Shown: positions 1-9,791 of the stretch, piece after piece
How positions within the stretch are numbered: position 1 is the stretch's first letter
Layout of the letters: the number at the start of each line of letters is the position of its first letter
Assembly (NCBI GenBank): GCA_965217585.1
Contig: OZ244561.1
Coordinates: 1,504,001-1,568,000, forward strand
From: Candidatus Latescibacterota bacterium
GTDB lineage: Bacteria > Latescibacterota > UBA2968 > UBA8231
DNA: 64,000 nucleotides
Direction: 5' to 3'
The notes under the pieces: model-generated
Told to the model about the DNA's origin: nothing
What the model saw: the letters and a program-made list of their open reading frames with translations, nothing else
Database searches by the model: none
Made by a program: the position numbers and the translations under genes

Positions 1-1906
1 CTTCCTCTCGCCGCACCGTGCGCGGCAACTCCACGAACAGCGAATCGCCCGCGACGCGCACCGCGGCCGGCTCGGCTTCGGCACCGCCTATGGTGAGGAC
101 GAGCGAGTCGGGGTCGGCGGGCGAGGGGGTTTGCAGGAGGATGCGATCAAACCCGGGGTTACGCGACTCTAGCTTCGGCGTGATGTGGAACGAGAAAAGT
201 TGGGGCACGCCCGCCTCGGCCGTGCGCGGCACCACCTCGCCGGTGACCCCGGCGAGAAAGGCGTCGGTAAATTCGATCTCCAAGGCGCGCACGGTCGGCG
301 CGGTGGTCGGGCGATCTGAACTGAGGATGAGCTGGACTTGGACCAAGCGACGCGGGCTCGGAGAAAGAAACTGCTCGCCGGAGCGCTGGTAAAAGTTGCT
401 CCACTCGCTCCAGTCCTCACCAATGCCGATGGTGCTCAGGGTCTCGCCCCGCAACGCCTTCGGCATCTGATCGAACTGCTCGGCCGTTACTTCGGTGCCA
501 TCCTTGCGGAAGTAGCGAAAATTTTCTTGCAGCGCATTGCCCGAGCGGGTGCGTGCCTGAATGCGAGCACCCGGGGGCAGGTCGGCTTCCCAGTACAGGG
601 ATTTGATCACCTTCGCCCGGTTGTCGCCCGCGATTTGCCCCAAGTCGATGAAGTCCGAACTCATCTCCACTTGGGCCACGTGGCCCACCGCAAACACCAG
701 CGTCTCTATCAAAAAGCCGCTCTGGAACTCGAAGCTGGTCTGCGCCCCGCCGCCGCCAACCCATTCGGCGGCGATAAAGCGGACGGGGCGCGGCTCAAAA
801 AGATACGTCAATTGGCCGGGGAACTCGGTCGAGGACGCGAGCAAGGCATTCGCGTCGCCGATGAAGAGCTGGTCGAGATCGACTTCGCCCGTCAGGGTGC
901 GGCGACCGTTGGAAACGCTCAAGCTGTGGGTGCGAATCTGGGGCAGGTTGGAGCCGTACGTCAGGGTGCGAAGGAGAAAGTCCGAAGTGCGCATCACGAT
1001 CCGATCCACCCAAAACAGCGCGCCCAAATCCCAGTCCCAAGCAATGGGATCTTGGCCGCGCTCCCGCCGTGCTCCCCAATCGGTATTGGCGTTGCCGTCG
1101 GCCATCTTGAAGGCAAATCCCCGCCCCGAGCGCTCCTGAATCGCGCCACCGCGCTCTAGGGTCTGCAAAGCGATATTTTCCCCGAGCGTGTACACTTCCA
1201 CCTCGGCCAGCGCTGCGTCCGGCGTCTTGGCGTCCACCAAAATCCTTATGTATTGCAGCAAGTCGTAGGTAGCGTCCACCTCGCGGCCCTCCCGCACCCG
1301 CTTCGCCTCCCGCACTAGCGGCCTCACGTCGTAAATCACCTCAGTCTCATTAATGGGCTTGGTGGTACCGCCTATCAGGTGAAAAGAGAATATGTCTTGG
1401 CGCGTCACGCGGCGGCCCTCGGAGCCGAAGACGCGAAACTCGCGGAAGGGCCGCGCGCCCTCTTGATCGGGAAAAATGAGGCGAATCTCCGACACGAGTA
1501 CGGCCCTTCCTAAGTTAATCTCGATCCACCAGTCCTCTAAGGGGGCGTCTGGGTCGGGTTGCCAGAAGGAATTAGCGCGGCCGTCTATGACCCGGCCGGC
1601 CGTTGCGAGGTTGGAGCCGGCCTTCCACGCACCGCCGCGCATCTCTTGGCCGCTCACCAGCTCGTGGGTGAATTCGCTGGCGTTGGCCGCGGCGTTGTGC
1701 ACGCCCTTGAATTCGACGGGGGTCACCGAGCCGTTGGGGGAAAATGCGAGCGTGCCGGACGGGAAGGTCCACTGCCTCCACTGGGCTCGGCGATCCACCC
1801 GGTACACCTCCAGATCGGCGCTCCGAGTCTGGGCGTACGCCGCCAGCACGAGGGCTGCCAGGCCCGCGAATAGGAGGAACTTTTGGTGTGAGCGAATGCG
1901 CTGCAT
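1..1906 (-). CDS. Large secreted protein with discoidin-like segments, probable paralogue of the FlgD-Ig-tailed proteins (partial, runs off window start)
   Basis: Not in the ORF track because it is open to the window edge. ATG at 1906 follows an AAGGAG RBS. Translates MQRIRSHQKFLLFAGLAALVLAAYAQ (signal peptide)...WWIEINLG...FIDLG...RTRSG...WSEWS...SPSPRRLVQVQL, motifs shared with 1921..3855 and 9792..11804. Confidence 0.8.
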   Translation of the reverse strand, partial: MQRIRSHQKFLLFAGLAALVLAAYAQTRSADLEVYRVDRRAQWRQWTFPSGTLAFSPNGSVTPVEFKGVHNAAANASEFTHELVSGQEMRGGAWKAGSNLATAGRVIDGRANSFWQPDPDAPLEDWWIEINLGRAVLVSEIRLIFPDQEGARPFREFRVFGSEGRRVTRQDIFSFHLIGGTTKPINETEVIYDVRPLVREAKRVREGREVDATYDLLQYIRILVDAKTPDAALAEVEVYTLGENIALQTLERGGAIQERSGRGFAFKMADGNANTDWGARRERGQDPIAWDWDLGALFWVDRIVMRTSDFLLRTLTYGSNLPQIRTHSLSVSNGRRTLTGEVDLDQLFIGDANALLASSTEFPGQLTYLFEPRPVRFIAAEWVGGGGAQTSFEFQSGFLIETLVFAVGHVAQVEMSSDFIDLGQIAGDNRAKVIKSLYWEADLPPGARIQARTRSGNALQENFRYFRKDGTEVTAEQFDQMPKALRGETLSTIGIGEDWSEWSNFYQRSGEQFLSPSPRRLVQVQLILSSDRPTTAPTVRALEIEFTDAFLAGVTGEVVPRTAEAGVPQLFSFHITPKLESRNPGFDRILLQTPSPADPDSLVLTIGGAEAEPAAVRVAGDSLFVELPRTVRREE

Positions 1907-1920
1907 GGCCTGCTCCTTTT

Positions 1921-3855
1921 TTAGTAGACAACTCCCACCGCGCCGAGGCGCGTGAAGCGCTCGCGCTCGGCTTCGGCGGTCACCTTGGCGAGGTAAATAC
2001 CCACGGGAACCGGGTTGCCGCTGTCGTCGCGGCCGTCCCATTCCCAAGCAAAAGAGCCGCTGCTGCGCGCGCCCGTAAACAAGGTGCGAACCCGCTGGCC
2101 TCCAAGCGAGAAAATTCGCACGGCCAACTGGACGGGCTGCTGGAGCTGGACCAAGGTGCAGGAAATGCGCACGCGATCGTTGACCCCGTCGCCATTGGGC
2201 GTCACTACGGGCGGCTGCACCGCAAAAAACGGGAGCAGGTTGCGTGCTGAAGCAGCCGTGGTCAGCACGCGCAAGTCGTTGGTCAAGACCGTAGGGTTGG
2301 CGTCCCCGGGCAGGACCTGCTGTGGGGACTCGTCGCTTTGGGTGTCGAAGACTCGGGCGCGAAAGAACGTAGATTGGACGAAGACTTCGGCGTCGAACAC
2401 GACGCGCAAAGCACTCGGCGATTGATGCGTCAGCCTTTGGCTGGGGAAGAATAGCTTCAGGCTTCTTTCGCCCTCGACGACGCTGTCGGGCGCGGTGGCA
2501 ACGGGCGGATCGCCCGTGAACATTTCCCTGAACTGCGGCTTAGAGGGCGTGAGAATCTCCATGGCGTCAAAGCCCACGTCCGTCTCGCTTATGTCGGCGC
2601 GGATATCGTAGGCAAAGGTCGAAAGCGCGCCGGCCGGCACTCGGGGCTTGTTGCCCAAGGGGCGGGGGGTTTCCAGCGTGGATATTTCCCCTATGAGCTG
2701 CTGGGCCAACGGCGGAATGGAGTGCTCGACCGCCAGCGAGTTGACCCGTATGCCGTCGAGGATGGAGTGGCTGGTGAGGGCGATTTCGAGTTGGAAGAAA
2801 CGACGCGGGCTAGGTAGCTCAATCCGCTGGCCAGACTCGGCAAAGGGCGGCGACCACTCGCTCCAGTTGACTTGGTCGTCTTCGACCGGGCCGCGCACGT
2901 TCAGGCCCAGCCGACCGTAGTCGCCCTCCGAGACTTCCTGCACGTCGCCGGTGAAAACATTGACGATTTCGTAGAACACCTGCGGGGTATCGTCGCGGCC
3001 CGTGCGCATGCGAATGGAGACCTCCGCATCGGCCATGGGCTCGACGTCGATGCGGCCCTCTTCCTGGCGCAAGGTTTCGGTCGTCCACAGCAGGCGGCTG
3101 AAATTGGCTACTTCGCCTAAGTCGATGATCTTGGACAGATAGCGGCCCCCCGGCGGAAAGCCCGCTCCGTACACCTCAAACTCAGCGATCTCAAAGGGAT
3201 TGGTCGAAGTCACGTTGAGCTGGATGTAGCGGACGAATTGCAATGGGAAGGGAATTTGCGCCACGCTTTCCGTGGTGAAATCCACTTGGGTCAGCAGGTT
3301 GTACACCGGCAGGTTTGTCGGTGTGAAGCTCACGCCGTCGCTGACCTGAATTTTATAGCCGCGAATGAAATCGTCGGCAAAGGGCCGCCCGCGACTGTCG
3401 GCCCCTTCCGGCCGCGGGAAAAACGAGATGCGGTTGATGGGAAGGCTCGTGCCTAAGTCAAAGAAAAAGGCCCGCCCCGCTTGCAGCACCCCGAAATCCT
3501 TGAAGCGATTTTCGCTGGAGGTCTGCACGTCGCCATCGACGAGCGGGACATTTGTCTGCTTGAAGGGCACGTTGTCCCACACCCGCGCCGCGGCCACCTC
3601 ACTGACGAAATCCAAGGGGAAGCCTTCGGTCCATCTTAGCTGCCGGACGATGTTCTCGTTGGGATTAAAACCCACCAATTGAATGGCCCCGGCTACATCG
3701 AAGCTGATGGCCGTGGAATTGAGCTCGTCGTCCCTCCAAGAACGGCCCGCGCCGCCCAATTCCCACTGCCGCACCTCGCCCGTAACCGCCGCGGCCAACC
3801 ACGCGACCCCGACCAACGCCTTAGAAGTAGCAAATAGCGATTTGAACGCGTGCAA
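1921..3855 (-). CDS. Secreted protein with C-terminal FlgD Ig-like domain
   Basis: 644-aa ORF with N-terminal hydrophobic signal. C-terminal TPNGDGVND...WEWDGRDDSGNPVPVGIYL is typical of FlgD-Ig/CTD tails. Start codon uncertain. Confidence 0.75.
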   Translation of the reverse strand: MHAFKSLFATSKALVGVAWLAAAVTGEVRQWELGGAGRSWRDDELNSTAISFDVAGAIQLVGFNPNENIVRQLRWTEGFPLDFVSEVAAARVWDNVPFKQTNVPLVDGDVQTSSENRFKDFGVLQAGRAFFFDLGTSLPINRISFFPRPEGADSRGRPFADDFIRGYKIQVSDGVSFTPTNLPVYNLLTQVDFTTESVAQIPFPLQFVRYIQLNVTSTNPFEIAEFEVYGAGFPPGGRYLSKIIDLGEVANFSRLLWTTETLRQEEGRIDVEPMADAEVSIRMRTGRDDTPQVFYEIVNVFTGDVQEVSEGDYGRLGLNVRGPVEDDQVNWSEWSPPFAESGQRIELPSPRRFFQLEIALTSHSILDGIRVNSLAVEHSIPPLAQQLIGEISTLETPRPLGNKPRVPAGALSTFAYDIRADISETDVGFDAMEILTPSKPQFREMFTGDPPVATAPDSVVEGERSLKLFFPSQRLTHQSPSALRVVFDAEVFVQSTFFRARVFDTQSDESPQQVLPGDANPTVLTNDLRVLTTAASARNLLPFFAVQPPVVTPNGDGVNDRVRISCTLVQLQQPVQLAVRIFSLGGQRVRTLFTGARSSGSFAWEWDGRDDSGNPVPVGIYLAKVTAEAERERFTRLGAVGVVY

Positions 3856-3906
3856 AACAATTCCCTCACTTTATTGGCGAAATATAGCCTGTTTTCACCC
3901 AGAGCC

Positions 3907-5847
3907 TCAACCCCAGAAAATCACGTTGCCAACCATGCCGGTAAAGTGATCGACGAACAGAAAAATGCCTCCCGGCACGATGTGCCCGGCGATCATGCCC
4001 ATGAAAAAGGGGCGCGTCTTGCGATAGAGCGCCACGCCGCCGTAGCGCAGCACCGACACCTTAATAAGCCAAGCCAAGAACATGTCGAACCAGAGGTGAT
4101 CCATGATCCCGGTGGGGCCGATGGGGTAGCCGAGGGGATGGAGAGGCCACCAGACATAGTACCAGCGCGCCAGCATCAAGAGCAGCATCACGCCCGCTCC
4201 AATCCCGGTGTTAATCCAACCCCCCAGATGCGGCTCGCTCGGCGTGCGAATCAAGCCGGCGGCGTAGTCGTAGAACCCGTGCTGCCCTCCGGGTATTTTC
4301 AGGTTGAGCGCCCCGTAGGAATAGCCCAGTTCCATAACCACCCACATCGACGAGACCAGCCCGACGGCCATGGCCAAGAGCATCGTCCAAAACAGCGGAC
4401 GCTTGGAACCGCCGAAGCCCTCGCCCAACTTGAGGCTGTTGGCGGACGAAGTCATGGCGAAACTGCGCCCGGTCGTCCAGAAATAGGTCGTCGCCAGCAC
4501 GACCAAGCCTTGGACACCGATGGCCGAAGAACCGACGGCTGAGACGACGATGGCGGCCGGACCGACCGGGACCGAACCGTCCGAAAGCCCCCCTTCGGCG
4601 ATTAGGCGAGTAAACCCGACAAAAAGCGCGAAAGCGGTAAAGAGAAACGCTAGCGCGACCCAGATGGGCAAGCCCGCCAGCGCGAGCCACGCGACCAGCA
4701 CCGCGCTGCTGCCCAGCAGGACCAGCACCGCCGTCCGATAGGATAGAATTTCGCCGGAGTCATCTACCTTGGGATCCCCCCACAGGGCCTTGCGCAAGAC
4801 CGCCCGCAGGTGCTTGCGGGCCGCGAACAAGCCAAATAGAAATAGGACCAGCATCCCGCCCATCGACTGGTGGACGAGTATTGGGTCGATGATAGAGTGC
4901 CCGCCCCCCAGCATTTCCGAACTAGTGACGCCTAGTACTGCAAATGTGGTGCGCAAGGCATTGGCGAAGAGGTTAAAAAACCACAGGCTGAAGGCGATTT
5001 CTGTCTTGAGAAAGTAGAAAAATCCTAAAATGTTGAAGCGGAATTTGAATTGCAGTTCGGACAGGTTGTCGAAAATGGGTAGGATGAAGTGGATGGGATC
5101 TACATTGGTGGCGATGGGCACGGTCTCGGGGAAGTAGTTGTGCAGCCCGTGCAGGGTGCCCCAGACGGCCGGTACGGCAAAGCCTGTCCACATCACCGGG
5201 TTTTTGAAGAATGGGGCAATGCGTTCCCCCCCGGCGTCCTGTTCGGTGAGAGCCATCGGCACCTGGACCAGCGGATAGGTCAGCCGCTCGTGATCGTTCC
5301 ACTGCTTGCGCAGAATCGCCATCACGGCAATCATCGCCAAAAACAAGGCCCACACAAAAGGTGCCCAGCGCAAGAAAATCGGCAGCCAACCAGCCCAGGG
5401 GATGGAGCGGCCTTGCTCCAAGCCCTCGTAAAAAGGCCCCATGACTCCTAGGTCGCGCGGCTCCAACCAGTCCGCTATGTGGGGTTGGATGAGGGTGTGC
5501 CAGTCGTTTTCCGGCGTGGCAAAGTAAAAGGGGGTGAGGATCGTGCCGATGAACCGGCCGGCAAAAAACACCGGCAGGGGCGAGGCCATGACCATCATTA
5601 TATAAATGAGCAGCAGCTCGCCGCGGTTCAGCCCAGCTCGCGGATGGACCAGCTTGAGCAGCGGGTTGACCAAGCCAGCGAGGAAGAAGAGCAGGAACAG
5701 AGCGCCGACCGTACTGGTCCCAAGCGTCATGTAGGAGCCGCGGAGATAGAAAACCCCATACGAGTCGCCCGCGGCCACAAAAAACGTGAACAGGCAGCCG
5801 AGGATCAGGGCCTTGGGCGTGAAGGCTCCGGCCGCTGGGGGTTGCAA
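3907..5847 (-). CDS. Polytopic membrane protein, DUF6785/DUF6784-like putative peptide transporter
   Basis: 646 aa with many TM helices. Motifs RKQW..HERLTYPL, WWPLHPLGY and LRYGG..LY...RPFF.G fit this family as recalled. Confidence 0.7.
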   Translation of the reverse strand: MQPPAAGAFTPKALILGCLFTFFVAAGDSYGVFYLRGSYMTLGTSTVGALFLLFFLAGLVNPLLKLVHPRAGLNRGELLLIYIMMVMASPLPVFFAGRFIGTILTPFYFATPENDWHTLIQPHIADWLEPRDLGVMGPFYEGLEQGRSIPWAGWLPIFLRWAPFVWALFLAMIAVMAILRKQWNDHERLTYPLVQVPMALTEQDAGGERIAPFFKNPVMWTGFAVPAVWGTLHGLHNYFPETVPIATNVDPIHFILPIFDNLSELQFKFRFNILGFFYFLKTEIAFSLWFFNLFANALRTTFAVLGVTSSEMLGGGHSIIDPILVHQSMGGMLVLFLFGLFAARKHLRAVLRKALWGDPKVDDSGEILSYRTAVLVLLGSSAVLVAWLALAGLPIWVALAFLFTAFALFVGFTRLIAEGGLSDGSVPVGPAAIVVSAVGSSAIGVQGLVVLATTYFWTTGRSFAMTSSANSLKLGEGFGGSKRPLFWTMLLAMAVGLVSSMWVVMELGYSYGALNLKIPGGQHGFYDYAAGLIRTPSEPHLGGWINTGIGAGVMLLLMLARWYYVWWPLHPLGYPIGPTGIMDHLWFDMFLAWLIKVSVLRYGGVALYRKTRPFFMGMIAGHIVPGGIFLFVDHFTGMVGNVIFWG

Positions 5848-5850
5848 GGA

Positions 5851-8490
5851 CTATACCCCGCCCGTGGCAGCGAAGATGCGGACGAAGACGATCGATTGCT
5901 TCTGGGTCTGCTCCGCGAAGAATTGGCGCTCTAGCAGGAAGCCCGCGTTCATGGTCAGCTCGTACCCTTGATAGGACGATACATTGGTCAGTAGGGCCGA
6001 AAAGACGAGGCTGCGGAAGTCCTCGACATAGCTCGGCGACGCCTCGGCTGGACGCTCGGCTAGGTTCTTGAAGAGACTGAATTCAACGCCAAAGTCCAAG
6101 TTCGTCTTCGGCAGGAGCGAGTACTGGCCCAAAAAGAAAAAGCTCTCGGTCAGTTCGTTGGCCTGCAAGCCGGCCAGCGCGGTGGGCGTTTCTCGCTGGT
6201 ACATGCTCTTCCACTTGGGATAGAGGGCGAGCCGGTCGCTGGGACGGATGGCGTAATCGGCTTTGTTGATCAGGCCCACAAACGAGCGGTCGCGCTTTAG
6301 GCTGGCCTGCGCGCCAAGCTGGTTGAAGTGCTCGTACTTCAGCTTGCCCTCGACGTTCAGGTTGCGGATGCGAAAGTAGCGGGCCTTCAAGTACAGCGAA
6401 TTGACAAAGGTATCTTGGTTGTCGAGCGGATCGGCAAAATCCGTCAGGCCGACGGGGTCGCGCCAGACGATGCGGTCTTCGGGCAAGGTGTCGGCCACTA
6501 GTTTGGCGTGCTCAAAAAAGGCGACGTCCAGCCCGGGATAGGATTTTTCCAAGGTCAGCAGCCCGTAGAACGAGCGGCTTTCGCGGTCGCTGCTCAGTTG
6601 GTGCTCGGCGAGCCGACCGATAGTCAGCCGGGTGCTCTCGGTGACTTTTAACCCCCCGTACGCGTTGTAGCCACGGTGGTCGCGCTCGTAGGGGTAGTCG
6701 GGCAGGCGGTCGTCCTCAAAGCGGTCGATGATCGTGTTGTTGTTCATGTCCATGCCAAAGAGAAACTCCGGCGGATCGACCTGATAGCGCAGGAAAGGCT
6801 CGACGTAATCCGGGCGGCTGTTCTGGTTTTGGTTGAAGTCGGAGATAAAATCGTTGTTCTCGTCCAGCCCGGGAAAAATTTCAGTGTCGCGGCCCTGCGA
6901 GCCGCCCTGGCCGCCGAATCCTTGGCTCTGGCGATAGCGCTGCCAATCGGTGTAGCGGTCCTGATCGTCGTTGTCATCGACAAACTCAAAGAGGTTTTGG
7001 GTCTCGCTGGCGTAGTCGATGACCCCGCCCGGGTCGGCGATAAAGGCCGTGGTGCTGTAATCGGGATCTATGGTGAACACCTCGCCGTACGCAAAGAAGG
7101 GGTAGCGCTGGTACGAGGCCGTGACGTACCCGGCTTCGGCTGTTTCCTTGTAGGCGGGCAACTTGCGAAAGTTCTGGTTGGGGAAGCGGCGGAAACGGCG
7201 ATTGAGGGCCCATTCGGCCCGCAGGTCGAAGTGGGCGAGATTGATCAGCTCCAGGTCCATACCTATCACCTCGTGCCCAGTCGGCAGGCCGTAGGCAAAG
7301 CGCACAAAGGTCTGGTTGGAGCCATCGGTGATCTCGTCGCGGGCCTGGGCCACCGGCAAGAAGACCTGCTCGCCCCGGGCATTGGTCTGTAGGTTGGAGG
7401 CGATCTCTATGCGGTAGTCATTGGACACCACCAGCTCGAATTCGAGCTTCTTGGCCTCGCGGAAGGTGCCCACTTTTTCGGTTGGGCTAAAATCGTTGCG
7501 AATGTCGTAGATAAGCTCAATTACGTCCGGGCCACTCACCTCCAAAATGCCCTCGCGCCGCACGCCGCCGCGCACCAAGGGCACGATTTCCGGGTGCAAC
7601 TCTCCGTCGATGATCACCTGATCGACGAAAAACGAGGCCCCGGTTTGCTCGGATTCGGGCGAATCGTCTGCAATGCGGATAATGACCCGCTCGACATTGC
7701 CCGTGTTCTGGGGGCCGGTCAGCAGGCCCTTGAGCGAGTTGTCGCCGAGGCTCAGCTCGCTGCTGGTATTGGACACATTGACCCACGTCAGGCCTAGCTT
7801 GGCGAAGTCGCCCACTTGGGCCACACCGCGCGCCCCGAGGAGGCGGGTCGTGTTTTCGATCGCCGAAGCCCCGCCCGCCTCGTTGAGCGCGGTAAACCCC
7901 GGCGCATTGAGACGCGAGCCGAGGAGAGTCAGCGCGTACTTGTCGGCGAGAAAATCCCACTGCAACCCGTTGAACGTGGGCTTGGAAAAGGTCAAGGGGG
8001 TGAGCGTCGTGCGGATAGCGTCGCCCACCGTCAGGGAGGTGTGGAACTGGCCGTGGCTGGCCGACGAGATGACGAGGCTGCCGAACCACCGGCCAAAGCG
8101 GGTGCCCTTCAAGAGGGCACTGCCCTGGCGCAGGGGGCTGGTTTCGGTCCAGTCGTAGATGACCCAGCCGCGATTGATGTACTGGCCGAAGAGGTTGTAA
8201 TTGCGGGTGCCTTCGAGCAGGCTGCCGACGTAGCGCTCGTAGTTGTCACGCGCGTAGTTGCTGTACTCCCAGCCGCGCCACTGGTATTCGTAGTATAAGT
8301 TCTGCGGCAAATACCACTTGCGCCGGTTGGGCGCCAAAGCACCCGGATGGATGCGCACCCCGCGAATCCCCGGTTCCTCAACCGGCCGAAAGCCCGTAGA
8401 TAGCTGGGCGAAAACCGTGGACTCCGAGAGTGCGAAAACGCACCACAACAGCAAGATCGGCCCTCTGCTCCAAAGGGTTGTCAGCCTCAT
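5851..8490 (-). CDS. Large secreted or outer-membrane hypothetical protein
   Basis: 879 aa with signal peptide, acidic DDNDDQD/DENNDFISD motifs and a C-terminal region of alternating amphipathic beta-strand-like segments. Confidence 0.65.
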   Translation of the reverse strand: MRLTTLWSRGPILLLWCVFALSESTVFAQLSTGFRPVEEPGIRGVRIHPGALAPNRRKWYLPQNLYYEYQWRGWEYSNYARDNYERYVGSLLEGTRNYNLFGQYINRGWVIYDWTETSPLRQGSALLKGTRFGRWFGSLVISSASHGQFHTSLTVGDAIRTTLTPLTFSKPTFNGLQWDFLADKYALTLLGSRLNAPGFTALNEAGGASAIENTTRLLGARGVAQVGDFAKLGLTWVNVSNTSSELSLGDNSLKGLLTGPQNTGNVERVIIRIADDSPESEQTGASFFVDQVIIDGELHPEIVPLVRGGVRREGILEVSGPDVIELIYDIRNDFSPTEKVGTFREAKKLEFELVVSNDYRIEIASNLQTNARGEQVFLPVAQARDEITDGSNQTFVRFAYGLPTGHEVIGMDLELINLAHFDLRAEWALNRRFRRFPNQNFRKLPAYKETAEAGYVTASYQRYPFFAYGEVFTIDPDYSTTAFIADPGGVIDYASETQNLFEFVDDNDDQDRYTDWQRYRQSQGFGGQGGSQGRDTEIFPGLDENNDFISDFNQNQNSRPDYVEPFLRYQVDPPEFLFGMDMNNNTIIDRFEDDRLPDYPYERDHRGYNAYGGLKVTESTRLTIGRLAEHQLSSDRESRSFYGLLTLEKSYPGLDVAFFEHAKLVADTLPEDRIVWRDPVGLTDFADPLDNQDTFVNSLYLKARYFRIRNLNVEGKLKYEHFNQLGAQASLKRDRSFVGLINKADYAIRPSDRLALYPKWKSMYQRETPTALAGLQANELTESFFFLGQYSLLPKTNLDFGVEFSLFKNLAERPAEASPSYVEDFRSLVFSALLTNVSSYQGYELTMNAGFLLERQFFAEQTQKQSIVFVRIFAATGGV

Positions 8491-8775
8491 GATCCATCTC
8501 CTAAATGAGGGGAAGCCCGCCTAGGCCAGCGAGCGCCATCAGCTGACAATATACGCCCCGTTCCCACTGCTTACCAAGTCAGAACCGCGCTGCCGCGCCT
8601 GTAAAAACGGCATTTTTTTGCCACAAATTTGTTTCGCCTGTCTATATTTTTTTGTTTATAATGTAGAATCACCTCAGCAGTATCATTTATCCGAAAGGAG
8701 GTTGTGCAGCGTGCTGAACGACAATTCCCACATCCCTTTTTTTACTTCATCTCTTCCAATCAAGGAGTGTAGCAA

Positions 8776-9684
8776 ATGAGAAAGTTCGGCTTTTTCGCTT
8801 TGTCTTTCGGGCTCACGTGCCTGCTGGGCACGGCCGCTTTTGCTCACGTAGGCGTGACCGTGTTCTATCCCCAGGTGCCCGATCCGGCTTCCATCACCAT
8901 CGACGGCAGCGACGACGACTGGGGTTGGTACGACCCAGCTCTAGCCCTCAATCAGCCCGATTTCTTCGACCGGGCCAGCGATTTCGTCGAGTTGGCGGAC
9001 TACGATTTCACCATCCTCAACGCTTGGTCGGCACCCCCGGACAACAAGTGGTACGGCTTTACGCGCTTTGTCGATGACACCCTCAAGTACGATTCACCCG
9101 TTAAGGAGTGGTGGAAAGACGACTGCTTGCAGATAACCGTGGACGCCGACCACCTCGGCGGCAATATCCTCGGTTCCGACCTCGAGCAGATCGCCAATGG
9201 CCAGCGCTGGCACGTGCGCATCTTCCCGCCAGCCGGCGAGTCCCTGCTGCCCAATCAGACCTGCTTCTTCTACAGCCAGTTAGAGTTCATCGACTCTGAA
9301 GAGCTGCTGTGGGGCGTGGAGCCGGAGTTTTTCGAGGCCGCGTGGACTGTCTTGCCAGCAGGTGCCGAAAACCTGACGGCCGGCGTTACCTATACCTATG
9401 AGTGGCGGGGTGCCCTGTGGGACATCTGGGGTCTGAGCGAGAGCGAGAGCACGCGGCACGTGTTCGCCGAGGACGACGTGATCCACCTCGGCTATCGCCC
9501 GCTCGACTCGGACCGCCCCGGCGGTGGACGCAAGCACTCCATGTACATCAACGACGGTAGCCAGGCGCAGGACGTCGACGCTTCGCAGATGCCCGACTTC
9601 TGGGCGCTGGCGGCGACGGAGACTAACGTGGAAAACGACACTTGGGGCCACATCAAAAACAGCATGTCCCAACGCCTCAAGTAG
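8776..9684 (+). CDS. Secreted acidic protein, possible CBM9/DOMON-like sugar-binding fold, with C-terminal TWG-x-IK motif
   Basis: AAGGAG RBS, signal peptide ending AFA-H, ITIDGSDDDW motif, ends VENDTWGHIKNSMSQRLK. Confidence 0.7.
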   Translation: MRKFGFFALSFGLTCLLGTAAFAHVGVTVFYPQVPDPASITIDGSDDDWGWYDPALALNQPDFFDRASDFVELADYDFTILNAWSAPPDNKWYGFTRFVDDTLKYDSPVKEWWKDDCLQITVDADHLGGNILGSDLEQIANGQRWHVRIFPPAGESLLPNQTCFFYSQLEFIDSEELLWGVEPEFFEAAWTVLPAGAENLTAGVTYTYEWRGALWDIWGLSESESTRHVFAEDDVIHLGYRPLDSDRPGGGRKHSMYINDGSQAQDVDASQMPDFWALAATETNVENDTWGHIKNSMSQRLK

Positions 9685-9702
9685 TAGCTCAGCAGTACCT
9701 GT

Positions 9703-9740
9703 CCCGAGGGGAAGGATCGCGTGCGGCCCTTCCCCTCGGG
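9703..9740 (+). terminator. Strong stem-loop after the 302-aa gene (partial terminator or mRNA stabiliser)
   Basis: cccgaggggaagg...ccttcccctcggg 13-bp inverted repeat with only a short T tract. A second hairpin cgtcgcccg-tt-cgggcgacg follows. Confidence 0.55.
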
Positions 9741-9791
9741 CATTTGCGTCGCCCGTTCGGGCGACGGAGAGCATCTTGCGGAGGCTGGCTG

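Noticed and set aside
18-2425. Plus-strand ORFs here and the many similar long antisense ORFs across the window
   Set aside because: Shadow ORFs expected in high-GC DNA opposite real genes; they have no motifs or RBS.
9642-9791. N-terminal extension of the 720-aa ORF
   Set aside because: It overlaps the upstream gene and the hairpins; the signal peptide and SD fit ATG 9792.
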